From Prorocentrum cordatum (taxonomy: Eukaryota), in contig CAUYUJ010000134.1 in NCBI GenBank assembly GCA_963575745.1, positions 62,001 through 117,780 of the forward strand: a stretch of 55,780 bases of DNA. Reading direction: 5' to 3'. The notes beneath the pieces were generated by a model. The model worked only from the letters and a program-made list of their open reading frames with translations. It was not told the DNA's origin and searched no databases. Position numbers and translations under genes: made by a program. Below, one piece after another: positions 12,076 through 24,146 of this stretch (its first letter is position 1; the number at the start of each line of letters is the position of its first letter).

Positions 12076-12984
12076 TAAGAAGGAGGAGGAGAGATGGAGG
12101 AGGAGGAGAGATGGAGGATCCACTGCGGGTTCTGACCCGAACTGCGGCCTTCGAGCAGGCTCTGGCTGGACACGAGCTCGAGGGTGGTGCCACAGGGGGC
12201 AATGAAATGGGAGCGTACTCTGACCCTGGTCGGGGCAAAGGAAGTAGCCCTGAACCGTATGGCAGATCCTCGGGGAAACCGCTGGGCGCCTTCGAGACGT
12301 AGTCTAGCTAACTACGCTGTGCGAGAAGAAGTCGCAAGGTCAGCCCTAGGAACTACCACGCCGAGGTCTGGCGGCGCAACGCCACTGCTGGGTTAACCTC
12401 CAAGGCTCCGAGCGCACCACCGACAAAGCAAGGGCACCTCTCTTGCCAAGGCGTGCCCGAAGCACGCCAGGCAGACCATAGCCTTTGGAGCTGTACCAGC
12501 GACACGCCGATCGGTACATTGCGTTATACACGTTGCACTGAGGACCCTGTGATTCCTTCAAAATCGTAGCTTCTAGCACCATAGTGAGGCTGCGTGCTAG
12601 CGAGGCCGGCAAAGCAAGTGCTCGACGGGTGCGCCGCGCACTTCCCGTCCACTCCAGCCTTCTGCTGTCGTCCGCTGCGTGACCCGCGGGACACCCTTGA
12701 AAAAAGCGCCGCGCGCGCGACTGCCGCCACAGCGCGGCAGTGCGGCGTGCTAGAGGAAGGTTGCTGCCACACTGCGTGGTGGCTCAAGGCCCGAATAGGC
12801 CCGCGCGTTCCCGCCCTCCTCCTCCTCCTCCTCCTCCTCCTCCTCCTGCTCCTCCTCCTCCTCCTCCTCCTCCACTTGCTCCTCCTTCTCCTCCTCCTCC
12901 TCCTCCTCCTCAACTTCCTCCTCCTCCTCCACTTGCTCCTCCTTCTCCTCCCTCCCGCCTCCTCCATTCTTCCTCCTCCTCCTC

Positions 12985-13140
12985 CTCCAGCACCGACGGG
13001 TCCTCGGGGCATATCTGAAGGGGCATCTGGGCCCCCTCCATCATGGCGAGCAGTCGCCCTGCGTGCCACATGACGTTCGTGTTGCTGGCGTCCTTGCCTC
13101 CAGCGCCAAACACTTCCTGGTTCGACAGGACATTGATCGC
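12985..13140 (-). CDS. Carotenoid cleavage oxygenase, next coding segment
   Basis: KDASNTNVMWHAGRLLAMMEG...EDPSVLE matches the family NTNV..H.GRLLAL.EG motif that follows the previous segment. It ends in a (GAG)n tract, so the locus may be a pseudogene. Confidence 0.8.
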
Positions 13141-13351
13141 AGAGAATCAAAGCGCGACATATGCATCAACTTTTGGAGGACCGCGTGGATTGCGAAGATC
13201 GGCGCTGGACCCCTTCCCACACCTCTGGCGGCGCGCCCGCCGGCGCGAGAGGCGCGGCAGGGAAGGGGCGTGGGAGGAGGGGTCCAGCGCCGAATCAAGA
13301 AATCCGCACAGAACTCCGAAAATATTCGTTTATGCCGTTGTCTGTTCTCTG

Positions 13352-13726
13352 AATCAGACCAGCGGGCGGCGATGTCTGCATCACTGGCCTCGCCAAGGGC
13401 TCACCAGCAGCCTGCTCTCTCAAGAAGCCACTGCCGCGTATGAAACGATTCTTGTACGAAGCGGCCCCTTGCCGGAAGCGAACCTGGTGCAACATACCGT
13501 CGCCTTCAAACCAATGGTGCACAGAACGGCCGAACGGCGACGTGGTGCTGGTTGTCGGAAACTGCGGGTTGGGCCCGTTCCTGATGTAGAAGCCGTCCGG
13601 AAAGTCGGCGGGCACGGTGCCTTCGAGCACTTCCAGCTGCGGCGCGGAGATCTCCTCGCTCACGGGTGCGAAGTTGCCGTCCACAATCGGATTATCGAGG
13701 GCAGTACCGAGGAGCCCCTCCACCGC
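13352..13726 (-). CDS. Carotenoid cleavage oxygenase (RPE65/CCD/NCED family), N-terminal coding segment
   Basis: GNFAPVSEE...LEGTVPADFPDGFYIRNGPNP...HHWFEGDGMLH...YKNRFIR are hallmark family motifs. Candidate acceptor CAG|G at 13727/13726, with an in-frame stop just upstream. Confidence 0.9.
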
Positions 13727-13849
13727 CTGCATGAAGGATCATCGGAGAAGGGCCAGCTGAGAAAACGGCAGCCCTCCCGCCCAGGCAGGGACGCACCCAG
13801 CACATGTGCAACAAGTGGCAATATCATCGGGAAGTTTTCGAGGTCTGGC

Positions 13850-14790
13850 CGCGACGCGCGTTCCCCTTCGCTCCGCTGGACCTCCTAGAAGCAAAACGAA
13901 CGCGGCGACAGTTGCGCAGCCCGCAGCACCCAGTGTATCCCACACGGCAGCCCAACCAGGGAGGGCGAGGTCTCGTCGCGGCGCGCGAGTCCCACCGCCC
14001 CGTTGAAGCTCGCAGGAGCTCGCGAAAGTAGCAAAAACCAGCACACTGCAGTCCCCCAAGGAATGGCGAGGTCTGGTCTGGATCCACGTGTTCCCCAGCC
14101 CCGCTGGACCTCTCAAAAGCTCGCGAAAGTGGCGAAGGTTGCGCAGCTGGCAACCCCCCCAGGAGGGCGAGGTCGAGTCTGGATCCGCGTGTCCCACTGC
14201 TCCAGTGGACCTCCCAGGAGCGCGCGAAATTGGCGACAGCCCCCACGGAGCGGCGCTGTCTAGTTCCCCCCCTCCCCAGGTTTGCTGGACCTCCCAGGAG
14301 CTCACGAAAGTGGAGAAGGTTGCGCAGCTGGCACCCCCCTGATGAAGGCGAGGTCGAGTCCTGATACGCGTGCACCTCCGCTCCACAGGACCTCCCAGGA
14401 GCGAGCGAGACAGCTGCACACTTGGCTGCCGCCCAGGAAGAACGAGGTCCAGCCTGGATCCGCGTGCACCTCCGCTCCGCTGGACCTCGCAGGAGACGAC
14501 CAGGGAGGCCAAGGTGTAGCCCTTCTGCTCAGCTGAACCCCCCAGGATGGCGCGAAATCGGCGGCAGCTGCGCGATTCACGGCCCTCCAGAGAGCGCCGA
14601 TGTCGGGTCTGGACCCGCGTGTCTCCCAGATTCGCTGGACCTCCCAGGAGCTCGCGAGAATGGCAAGGTCTGGATGCGCGTGCACCTCCGCTCCACTGGA
14701 CCCCCCAGGGGATCGCGAGAACGGCAAGGTCTGGATGCGCGTGTCCCCCTGCTCCGCTGGAGCTCACAGAAATCGCGACAATGGAGAAAG
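13850..14790. repeat. Degenerate tandem repeat (~60/120-bp units)
   Basis: Recurrent GGACCTCCCAGGAGCTCGCGA...GGTCTGGATCCGCGTGCACCTCCGCTCC. Confidence 0.8.
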
Positions 14791-14946
14791 CTGATTCAAG
14801 TGGGAAGCACGGGGTAACTAGTCAGAAGGAGGAAAAAGCGGAGGAGGAGGAGGAGGAGGAGGAGAAGGAGGAAGAGGAAGAGGAGGAGGGGGAAGCGGAG
14901 AGGGAAGAGCAGGAGGAGGAAGTAAACTGTTTTAGTCGCCAAGTAA

Positions 14947-15220
14947 CCGGTTCCCCGTTCCCGTCTCCCGCTTCCCGGATCCCGGATCCCGGGTCCCGGG
15001 TCCCGGGTCCGGGGTCCCGGTTCCCGGGTCCCGGGTCCGGTTCCCAGTTCCGAATTCCCGGGTCCCGGGTCCCGGGCCCCGGGTCCCGGGTCCTGGGTCC
15101 TGGGTTTCGGTTCCTGGTTCCCGGGTTTCTGGTTCCCGGATCCTGGTTCCCGATTCCTGGTTCCCGGTTCCTGGAATTCCCGGTTCCCGGTACCTGTTTC
15201 CCGGTTCCCGGGTCCTGGGC
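14947..15220. repeat. (CCCGGGT/CCCGGTT)n heptamer satellite
   Basis: Read directly from the sequence. Confidence 0.95.
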
Positions 15221-15224
15221 TCCT

Positions 15225-17620
15225 CAGCCCTTCGCAATACACCTTGCAGGGGGAGCATGAACAGGGCCAGCCCCATGTGGCAGAAAGCGCAAACCCTTGG
15301 GAGAAGCCGCACTGTCGCGAACCAGGGGACATCCAACAAAACATGAGGGAACGACGGTTCCTCCTAGAAACAAACCAGCCCTGTGCGAAGGAGCATGAAG
15401 AAACGTAAACAAAAAACGGACAAGCAAAAGGCTGGGTAGCCGGGATGGGCGAACATGGAAGGAGGAGAAGGAGAGGGGAGGGGGAGGGGAAGCCCAGGTT
15501 GTGCTTAGAATCGAGCCAGCCCTGGGCAAATTGTGAATGTATGGGGGCAAGCATACCAGGGTTCCTCCTGGAAGCACGCCAGCCCTTCGCAATACTCCAT
15601 GCAAGGGCCGAGCATGGACAGGGCCAGCTCCATGTGGCAGAAAGCGCAAGCCTCTGGGAGAAACCGCACTGTCACGAACCAGGGTGCGTCCAGCAAAACA
15701 TGAGGGAACGACGGCTCCTCCTCGAAACAAGCCGGCCCTGCGCGAAAAACCATGAAGAAACGTGAACAAAAAAAGGACAAGGCGAAAGGCTGGGTAGCCG
15801 GGATGGGCGAACATGGAAGGAGGAGAAGGAGTGGGGAGGGGGAGGGGAAACCCAGGTTGTGCCTAGGTACGAGCCTAGAAACGAGGCAGCCCGGGGCAAA
15901 TTGTGCATGCAGGGGGCGAGCAAACCAGGGTCCCTCCTAGAAACACGCCAGCCCTTCGCATAAACCCGTGCAGGAGCGGAGCATGGACAGGGCCAGCCCC
16001 ATGTGGGAGAAAACGCAAACCCCTGGGAGAAGCCGCACTGTCGCGAACCAGGGGGCATCCAACAAAACATGATGGAACGACGGTTCCTCCTAGAAACAAG
16101 CCACCCCTGCGCGAAAGAGCATGAAGAAACGTAAGCAAAAAAACGGACAAGCAAAAGGCTGGGTAGCTGGGATGGACGAACATGGAAGGAGGAGAGGGGA
16201 AGGGGGAGGGGAGGCCCAGGTTGTGCCTAGAAACGAGCCAGCAAAAATGTGTATGCAGGGGGCGAGCAAACCAGGGTCCCTCCTAGAAACACGCCAGCCC
16301 TTCGCACAAACCCGTGCAGGAGCGGAGCATGGACAGGGCCAGTCCCACGCGGCAGAAAGCGCAAGCCTCTGGAAGAAGCCGCACTCTCGCGAACCAGGGG
16401 ACATTCAAGAAAACATGAAGGAACGACGGTTCTTCCTAGAAACAAACCAGCCCTGTGCGAAGGAGCATGAAGAAACGTAAACAAAAAACGGACCAGCAAA
16501 AGGCTGGGTAGCCGGGATGTGCGAACATGGAAGGAGGAGGAGAGGGGAGGGGGAGGGGAAGCCCAGGTTGTGCCTAGAATCGAGCCAGCCCTGGGCAAAT
16601 TGTGAATGTATGGGGGCAAGCATACCAGGGTTCCTCCTACAAGCACGCCAGCCCTTCGCAATACTCCATGCAAGGGCCGAGCATGGACAGGGCCAGCCCC
16701 ATGTGGCAGAAAGCGCAAGCCTCTGGGAGAAGCCGCACTGTCACGAACCAGGGTGCATCCAGCAAAACATGCGGGAACGACGGCTCCTCCCCCGTAGAAA
16801 CCAGCCAGCCCTGTGCGAAAGACCATGACGAAACGTAAACAAAAACGGACAGGCCAAAAGACTGGGTAGCCAGGATGGGCGAACATGGAAGGAGGAGGAG
16901 TGGGGAGGGGGAGGGGAAACCCAGGTTGTGCGCAGAAACGAGGCAGTCCTCTGCAAATTGTGTTTGCATGGGGGCGAGCATACCAGGGCTCCTCATAGAA
17001 ACGCGCCAGCCCTTCGCAAAAATCCTTGCAGGGAGCGAGCATGGCCAGGGCCAGCCCCACGTGGGAGCAACGTGAACCCAAGGTTCCTCTTAGAAACCAG
17101 CCAGCCCTCCGCAAAGCCGCACGGACTACGAGGAAGCAGCGTGCGCGAAAACACCGTCCCAGAGGGAGCAACATCGTGGGGGCCGTACGTCCTCCTAGAA
17201 ACATACCAGCCCTGTGCAAAACACCACGTAATGGGGGGGACAGGTCCAAGCGAAACCCGGCAGCCGCAAGGAGCAACGTGAACCCAGGCTTCTTAGTAAA
17301 AAACGAGCCAGCCCTTCGTGAAAACGAACGGAATCCGAGGAAGAACTCTGCGCGGAACCGCCCTTCCAGAGGGAACCACGTCCGGGAGGGGGGGCCATGG
17401 TTCTTCCTGAGAACAAGCCGACCCAGCGCAAAACATCACGTTATTGAGGGGGGGTCCACAGGAAAACACCTGGACCCAAGGTTCCTCCTAAAAAATCCTA
17501 AAAACATGGCAGTCCTGCGCGGAATCGCACGGATTCCGAAGAGGAAACCTATGCGAGACCACCCTCCCTGAGGGAGCAACGTCGGGGGAGGGGCGCCCTG
17601 GCTCCTCCTAGAAACAGCCA
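15225..17620. repeat. Tandem repeat, ~355-bp unit, ~6 copies decaying rightwards
   Basis: CAGCCCTTCGCA recurs at ~15225, 15580, 15949, 16295, 16649 and 17007. The ORF-track peptides repeat accordingly. Confidence 0.9.
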
Positions 17621-17689
17621 GCCCTTCGTAAAAACTCATGTGATTGGACCCATAGGTCCACGCGAAGGCGGCTTCCACAAGCAGCAAAG

Positions 17690-18610
17690 TTATCCAACAT
17701 AACAGAGTGGGGCAGCGGGACAGAACAGAACAGAAAAGAGCGGCGGGCAAGACCAGAACACACGGGAGCATCGGGGCAGAATAAAACAGAACACGCATAG
17801 CAGAACGGAGCAGCAGGACAGACAAAACAGAACAGACGACCTTGCGGCCCAAAAGAGAATAGACGAGCCTGCGGCCAAGACCAAAAAAGAACGGAGCAGA
17901 GGAACGGAACAGAACACAACGGAGCAGCAGGACAGACCAGAACAAAGCATCGGGGCAGAACATAACATAACATCACAAGCATGACAAAACGAATCCGAGC
18001 AAGAAATCTATGCGAGACCGCCCTCCCAGAGAGAGAGAGAGCAACATCGAGGGGAAAGGCGCCACGGCTCCTCCTAGAAACCGCTGGCACTTCGCAAAAC
18101 CTCACCGAATTGGCCCCATAGGTCCACGCGAAGGCGGCCTGGACAAGGAGCAAAGTGAACCCAACAGAATAGAACGGGGCAGCGGGACAGAACAAACAAA
18201 ACAGAACGGAGCAGCGGGCAGAACGAAAACGGACGAGGGCATCGGGGCAGAACAGAACAGAACACACACATAACAGAACGGAGCACCGGGACAGAACAAA
18301 ACAGAACAGACGAGCTTGCGGCCCAAAACAGAATAGACAAGCCTGCGGCCAAGACCAGAATAGGACGGAGCAAAGGGACATAACAGAACACAACGGAGCA
18401 GCGGGACAGACCAGAACAAAGCATCAGGGCAGAACAGAACAGAACGAGCAGAACAGAACGAAGCAGCGGGGCACGCCAGATCAAAACGGACGATGGTGCG
18501 GCCCAGAACAGAATAGACGAGCCTGCAGCCAAGACAAGAGCAAAACGGAGCAACGGGACAGAACGGAACCGCAAACGGAGCAGTGGAGCACGACAGAACG
18601 GAAAAGAGCA
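17690..18610. repeat. CAGAA-rich degenerate repeat
   Basis: Repeated ACAGAACAGAACGGAGCAGCGGG and GCCTGCGGCCAAGACC blocks. Confidence 0.8.
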
Positions 18611-18619
18611 GGGGAGCAA

Positions 18620-19193
18620 AACCGGTTCCCGGCTCCCAGTTCGCAGTTCCCCGTTCCTGGTTCCCGGTTCCCGGTTCCCCATGGCTGCAGTTCCCGGTTC
18701 CCCAGTTCCCGGTTCCCGGGTTTCCGGGTTTCCGGGTTCCCGGTTCCCGGGTTCCCGGTTCCCGGGCCCTGACTCCAGATCCGCCCTACTTTGGGGAAAT
18801 TCGTAAGTAGGGCTTGGAATTTCCGCCCTACTATTCAGGCCCCGCTGATGCAAATTTCCGCCCTACGTTTCTGCTGCTGTTTCCGCCCTACTTTTGCGGA
18901 TTTCCGCCCTACTTTATGCTGGGTGCAGCAATTTCCGCCCTACCTTTTCGGCTCCTTATAGGTGGATGTCCGCCGCAATCTTGAGCTGGAAAAAAGCCAA
19001 ATTAGGGCGGATCTGGAGTCAGGGAAATCCCGGTTCCCGGGTTCCCCGTTCCCGGTTCCCGGTTCCCGGTTCCGGGTTCCGGGTTCGCGGTTCCCGGTTC
19101 CCGGTTCCCGGTTCCCGGTTCCCGGTTCCCGGTTCCGGGTTCCCGGTTCCCGGTTCCCGGTTCCCGGTTCCCGGTTCCCGGTTCCCGGTTCCC
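18620..19193. repeat. (CCCGGTT)n satellite, interrupted by a MITE
   Basis: Arrays at 18620-18766 and 19028-19193. Confidence 0.9.
18767..19024. mobile_element. 258-bp MITE-like element
   Basis: TIR CCCTGACTCCAGATCCGCCCTA is a perfect 22-bp match (27/28 extended). Five internal TTTCCGCCCTAC motifs. No clear TSD. Confidence 0.75.
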
Positions 19194-19449
19194 TTCATTA
19201 TTCCTCCATAGTGAGAGGAGGAGGAGGAGGAGGAGGAGGAGGAGGAGGAGGAGGAGGAGGAGGAGGAGGAGGAGCAACGGGAGAAGAAGAAGATTATCCC
19301 GGCAAAGCAACCTAACAGCGATATGTAGAAGCATATCTGAAAGCATTCCCCTCAAGATTCAGATGAAAATCCAGTTGTAGAATTCTGCTGTTCTCGCAGT
19401 CGTAGTCGCATTCGCGATGACAGTCGCAGCGGCAACGGCAGTCGCAGTC

Positions 19450-19780
19450 ACAGCCTCAGCCTCAGCCTGCCTCAGCCTCAGCCTCAGCCTGCCTCAGCCT
19501 CAGCCTGCCTCAGCCTCAGCCTCAGCCTGCTTCAGCCTCAGCCTCAGTCTGCCTTCAGCCTCGGCCTCAGCCTCAGCCTGCCTCAGCCTCAGCCTGCATC
19601 AGCCTCAGCCTCAGCCTCAGCCTGCCTCAGCATCAGCCTGCCTCAGCCTCAGCCTCAGCCTGCCTCTGCCTCAGCCTCAGTCTGCTTCAGCCTCAGCCTC
19701 AGTCTGCCTTCAGCCTCGGCCTCAGCCTCAGCCTGCCTCAGCCACAACCTGCCTCGGCCGCAGCATCAGCCTGCCTCAGC
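19450..19780. repeat. (CAGCCT)n microsatellite
   Basis: Read directly from the sequence. Confidence 0.95.
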
Positions 19781-20004
19781 ATTCAAAATGTGGCCCAGGA
19801 ATGGAGTTCTGGGAACTAGAAGAACACGAAGTGGCCTACAGTTGGCTCCGGGCATTCAAAATCATGCCCAGGAATGGAGTTCTGGGAACATGAAGAGCAC
19901 GAAGTGGCCTACAGTTGGCTCCGGGCATCCAAAATGTGGCCCGGGAATGGAGTTCTGGGAAATCGAAGAGCACGAAGTGGCCTACAGTTGGCTCCGGGCA
20001 TCCC
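19781..20004. repeat. 73-bp tandem repeat x3, truncated by the gap
   Basis: Units start at 19781, 19854 and 19927. Confidence 0.9.
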
Positions 20005-20104
20005 NNNNNNNNNNNNNNNNNNNNNNNNNNNNNNNNNNNNNNNNNNNNNNNNNNNNNNNNNNNNNNNNNNNNNNNNNNNNNNNNNNNNNNNNNNNNNNNN
20101 NNNN
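20005..20104. other. Assembly gap (100 N)
   Basis: Run of N. Adjacency across it is unverified. Confidence 1.
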
Positions 20105-20178
<74 letters not shown>

Positions 20179-20235
20179 TATCATCATTATCATCAGCATC
20201 ACCATCATCATCATCATCATCATCAGCATCATCGG

Positions 20236-20267
<32 letters not shown>

Positions 20268-20950
20268 GCATCAGCATCAGGGGCATCATCATCATCATCA
20301 TCATCAGCACCAGCATCATCATCATCATCATCATCAGCAGCATCAGCAGTATCACCATCATCATCATCATCAGTATGATCATCATCAGCATCAGAATCAG
20401 CATAATCATCATCATCAGCATCATTATCATCATCGTCATCATCATCAACAACATCAGCATCATCAGCATCATCAACATCAGCATCAGCATCAGCATCATC
20501 ATCATCATCAGCATCATCATTATCAGCGTCAGCATCAGCATCAGCATCAGCATCAGCATCAGCATCATCATCATAATCATCATCGTCATCATCATCATCA
20601 TCGTCATCGTCATCGTCATCGTGATTGTCATCGTGATCGTCATCATCATCAGCATCATCATCAGCATCAGCATCATCGTCATCATCATCATCAGCATCAT
20701 CATTACCATCATTATCATCAGCATCACCAGCATCACCATCATCATCATCAGCAGCATCATTAGCATCATCATCATCATTATCATCAGCAGCATCATCATC
20801 ATCATAATCATCATCATCATCAGCATCATCATCATCATCAGCATCATCAGCATCAGCATCATCATAGGGCATCATGCTAATCATCAGCAGCATCATCAGC
20901 ATCGTCATCGTCATCATCCCCATCATCATCAGCATCATCAGCATTATCAG

Positions 20951-20983
<33 letters not shown>

Positions 20984-21154
20984 CATCATCGTCATCATCA
21001 TCATCATCATGAGCATCAGCATCATCGTCATCATCATCGTCATCATCAGCATCAGCATCATCATCATCATCATCATCAGCATCATCATCACCATCGCCAT
21101 CATCATCATCAGCATCATCATCATCACCACCATCATCATCATCATCAGCAACAG

Positions 21155-21193
<39 letters not shown>

Positions 21194-21583
21194 TATCATA
21201 TTCATCAGCAGCATCAGCAGTATCATCATCATCAGCATCATCATCATCATCAGCATCATCAGCATACTCATCATCATCAGCATCATCATCATCATCATTA
21301 TCATCAGCATCACCATCAGCAGCATCCTCCTCATCATCAGCAGCATCATAATCATAGCATCATCATCAGCAGCAGCATCATCATCATCAGCAGCAGCATC
21401 AGCATCATCATCATCAGCATCATCATCATCAGCATCAGCATCATCATCATTGTCATGATCACCAACATCATCATCATCATCATCATCATCAGCATCATCA
21501 TCATCATCATCATCGTAGTCATCATCATCATCAGCAGCATCAGCAGCAGCAGCATCATCATCCTCATCATCATCACCACCATT

Positions 21584-21618
<35 letters not shown>

Positions 21619-21693
21619 AGGCATCATCATCATCAGCATCAAGATCATCATCATCATCATCATCATCGTCATAATCATCATCATCATCATCAG

Positions 21694-21736
<43 letters not shown>

Positions 21737-22632
21737 TTCCTACTCCTGTTCCTGCTCCTGTTCCTCTGCCTCAGTTACCTGTTTTTGTTCCTGATCCTGT
21801 TCCTGCTCCTGCTTTTCCTCCTCCTCCTCCTCTTCTTCTTCTTCCTCCTCCTCCTTTTTCTTCCTCCTCCTCCTCCTCCTCCTTCTCCTCCTCCTCCTCC
21901 TCTCTTCTCTCGTCCGTTTCGTCCTCCTGTTCCTCCTCATTTTCCTCCTCCTTCTCTCCCTCTTCCTCCTCCTCTTCCTGTTCCTTCTTCTCCTCCTCCT
22001 CCTCCTTCTCCTACTCCTTCTCCTTCTCCTTTTCCTCCTCCTCCTTCTCCTCATCTTTCTCCGCCTCCGCCTCCGCCTCCGCCTTCTCCTCATTTTCCTT
22101 CTCCTCCTCCTTTTCCTTCTCCTCCTCGTTCTCCTCCTTCTCCCCCTTCTCCTCCTCCTCCTCCTCGTCCTCCTCCTCCTCCTCCTCCTCCTCCTCCTCC
22201 TCCTCCTCATCCGTTTCTCCTCCTCCCCCTCTTCCTCCTTCTCCTCCTCCTCATCCTCCTCCTTCTGCTCCTCATCCTCCTCCTCCTCCAACTCCTTTTT
22301 CCTCCTCTTCCTCCTCCTCCTTCTCCTCCTCCCTCCTCCTCCTCCTCCTCCTCCTCCTCCTCTCTCCTCCTCCTATTCTCCTATTCCCACTCCCCCCCCT
22401 CCCTATCCTCCTCCTCCTCCTTTTCCTCCTCCTCCTCCTCCGCCTTTTCCTTTCCTCCTCCTTTTCCTCCTCCTCCTATCCTCCTCCTCCTCCTCCTCCT
22501 CTCCTCCTCCCTCCTCTCCCCCTCCTCCTCCTCCTCCTCCTTCCTCCTCCTCCTCCTTCTCCTCCTCCTCCTTTTTTTTCCTCCTCCTCCTCCTCCTCCT
22601 CCTCCTCCTCCTCCTCCTCCTCCTCCTCCTCC
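20105..22632. repeat. (CAT/CAG)n microsatellite (to ~21737) followed by (CCT)n
   Basis: Read directly from the sequence. Confidence 0.97.
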
Positions 22633-23051
22633 TGTCGCTCAGGACTCCGATGCACTTGCGCCAAACAGCAGCGGTTGAACCCGAGACGAGACAACGACTG
22701 CGAGCAGCAGCGAGGGGCGAGGGAGGGAGTCTTGTGGAGGGGATGGATTGACACTGTCATGAACCTGCTCAATTACCCCTCCCCACTTCTCGCCCTCCCG
22801 ACCCCAGTTTCGACCCTGGCCATCCCGCTGCAACCGCGTCATCGGGCTCGGGCCCCATGTCGGGGTATTCGTCGCGCTCAGACTTGAACAAATGATAGGC
22901 GGTCCTGAGCGTACTTCCCCATTCGTCGCCGCCGCCCTCCAGATCCCGCGCCCCCGGCTTCCTCCAGCACGCGACGCGGACGTGCTTCGGGAGCGCGACA
23001 ACCTGGAGGATTGCAGCCACGAGGTGCGAAGTGCGCCAAGCCCGACTAGCG

Positions 23052-23138
23052 TTATGTCGGCAGGGCATCCTAGAGGGCCTCATCAGGGACCCTTTGTTTT
23101 TTTCCCCGCCAGGCTCCCGCAGGAGCATCCGCAGGCCC
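23052..23138 (+). repeat. Left terminal inverted repeat
   Basis: TTATGTCGGCAGGGCATCCTAGAGGGCC...TTTTTTCCCCGCCAGGCTCCCGCAG. Confidence 0.92.
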
Positions 23139-24045
23139 TCGGAAATTTCCCTGCAAGCCTCCCGCGGGGCACCCGCAGAGCATATGCAGGGCCTCACCGA
23201 AAAAACAAAAAGCATCCGCAAAGCCATCCGCAAAGCATCTGCAAAGCATATGCAAAAACACAAAAAAATAAGAAAAACAAGCAATCATATGTCTTGCACG
23301 CAACACGATCGTCTCAGCGTAGGAAGAAGTCCAGACTGGCGCGCCCCCGAGGCACCGACGATTGATATGCATGTTATAGGAAAGGCTAGACGAGTATATA
23401 TGTGAAGGCGCTGGGAAGCCTCATAAGGGGGCTGGCGGATATATCTTCAGAGTGCAGGCGGGGCTCCTAAGAGGGGACTCATAGGGGGCCTCATGGGGGG
23501 GTCGGCGGATGTACGGGGGCTGGGGGAATTCTTGGGGGGGCCTTACTGAGTGAATGCGCTGGGTGGCCTCATATGGGGGCTGGCGTATCTAGCTACAGAT
23601 CGCATGCTGGACTCCTGAAGGCCTAGGTTGAGAATCTGGGGGCGTCCACGGCAGGGTGTCTAGGGCAGGGTGTTCTGGGGTGCTTAATGGCTCAGGGCGG
23701 GTTCGCGATGTGTCATACGTGCCAGCGCAGAGATATAAACGGTTAGTTATCTTGACCCGAACTTTTAGTCCAAAGTTTCAGGCGGTCGGAGCCGAAATCC
23801 ATACGTGCGGTAAGTTTTGGAAAATAGTGAGACATCGGGGAGGGAGGGGATGTGACTTCAGGGAGAGGGGGGGCGGATTGAGAACCCCAGAGATGAGAAA
23901 TGATGGAGGGGGGCACAGTACATTATATATTTAAGAAGAATCAAAAGGGCAAACATAGGTAAACGAAGAGATGAGGAACATCTACCAGACAGCCAGCCTT
24001 GAAATACCAACCCTGGCAATCAACAGACAACACATCTCGTTCATG

Positions 24046-24067
24046 ACCGTAACCATTTTGGCTCAAC
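24046..24067 (+). other. Dinoflagellate spliced-leader relic upstream of the transposase
   Basis: ACCGTAACCATTTTGGCTCAAC matches DinoSL at 20/22 positions and ends 80 nt before the ATG at 24147. Confidence 0.85.
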
Positions 24068-24146
24068 TTTCGGCATTCTCCATATCATGTTCGTACCACT
24101 TGTACTCATGTACGCATACATAACAATTTTGTTCGCGTCAGCCTTT

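Noticed and set aside
12524..12700. Third CCD exon (GKCAAHP resembling FTAHP)
   Set aside because: Only a 3-residue match with no supporting flanking motifs in the right order.
12780..12788. TGGCTCAAG as an SL relic
   Set aside because: Only 9 nt, expected by chance.
14796..18853. Repeated 100-350-aa ORFs
   Set aside because: Translations of tandem repeats in all frames with no recognisable domain.
19874..22678. 934-aa and other long ORFs (poly-I/H/M/D/P)
   Set aside because: Stop-free microsatellite translations spanning an N gap.
24046..24120. Possible SL RNA gene
   Set aside because: Neither this motif nor the one at 32061 is followed by the GT donor and short intron of an SL RNA gene. 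Both lead into long ORFs.
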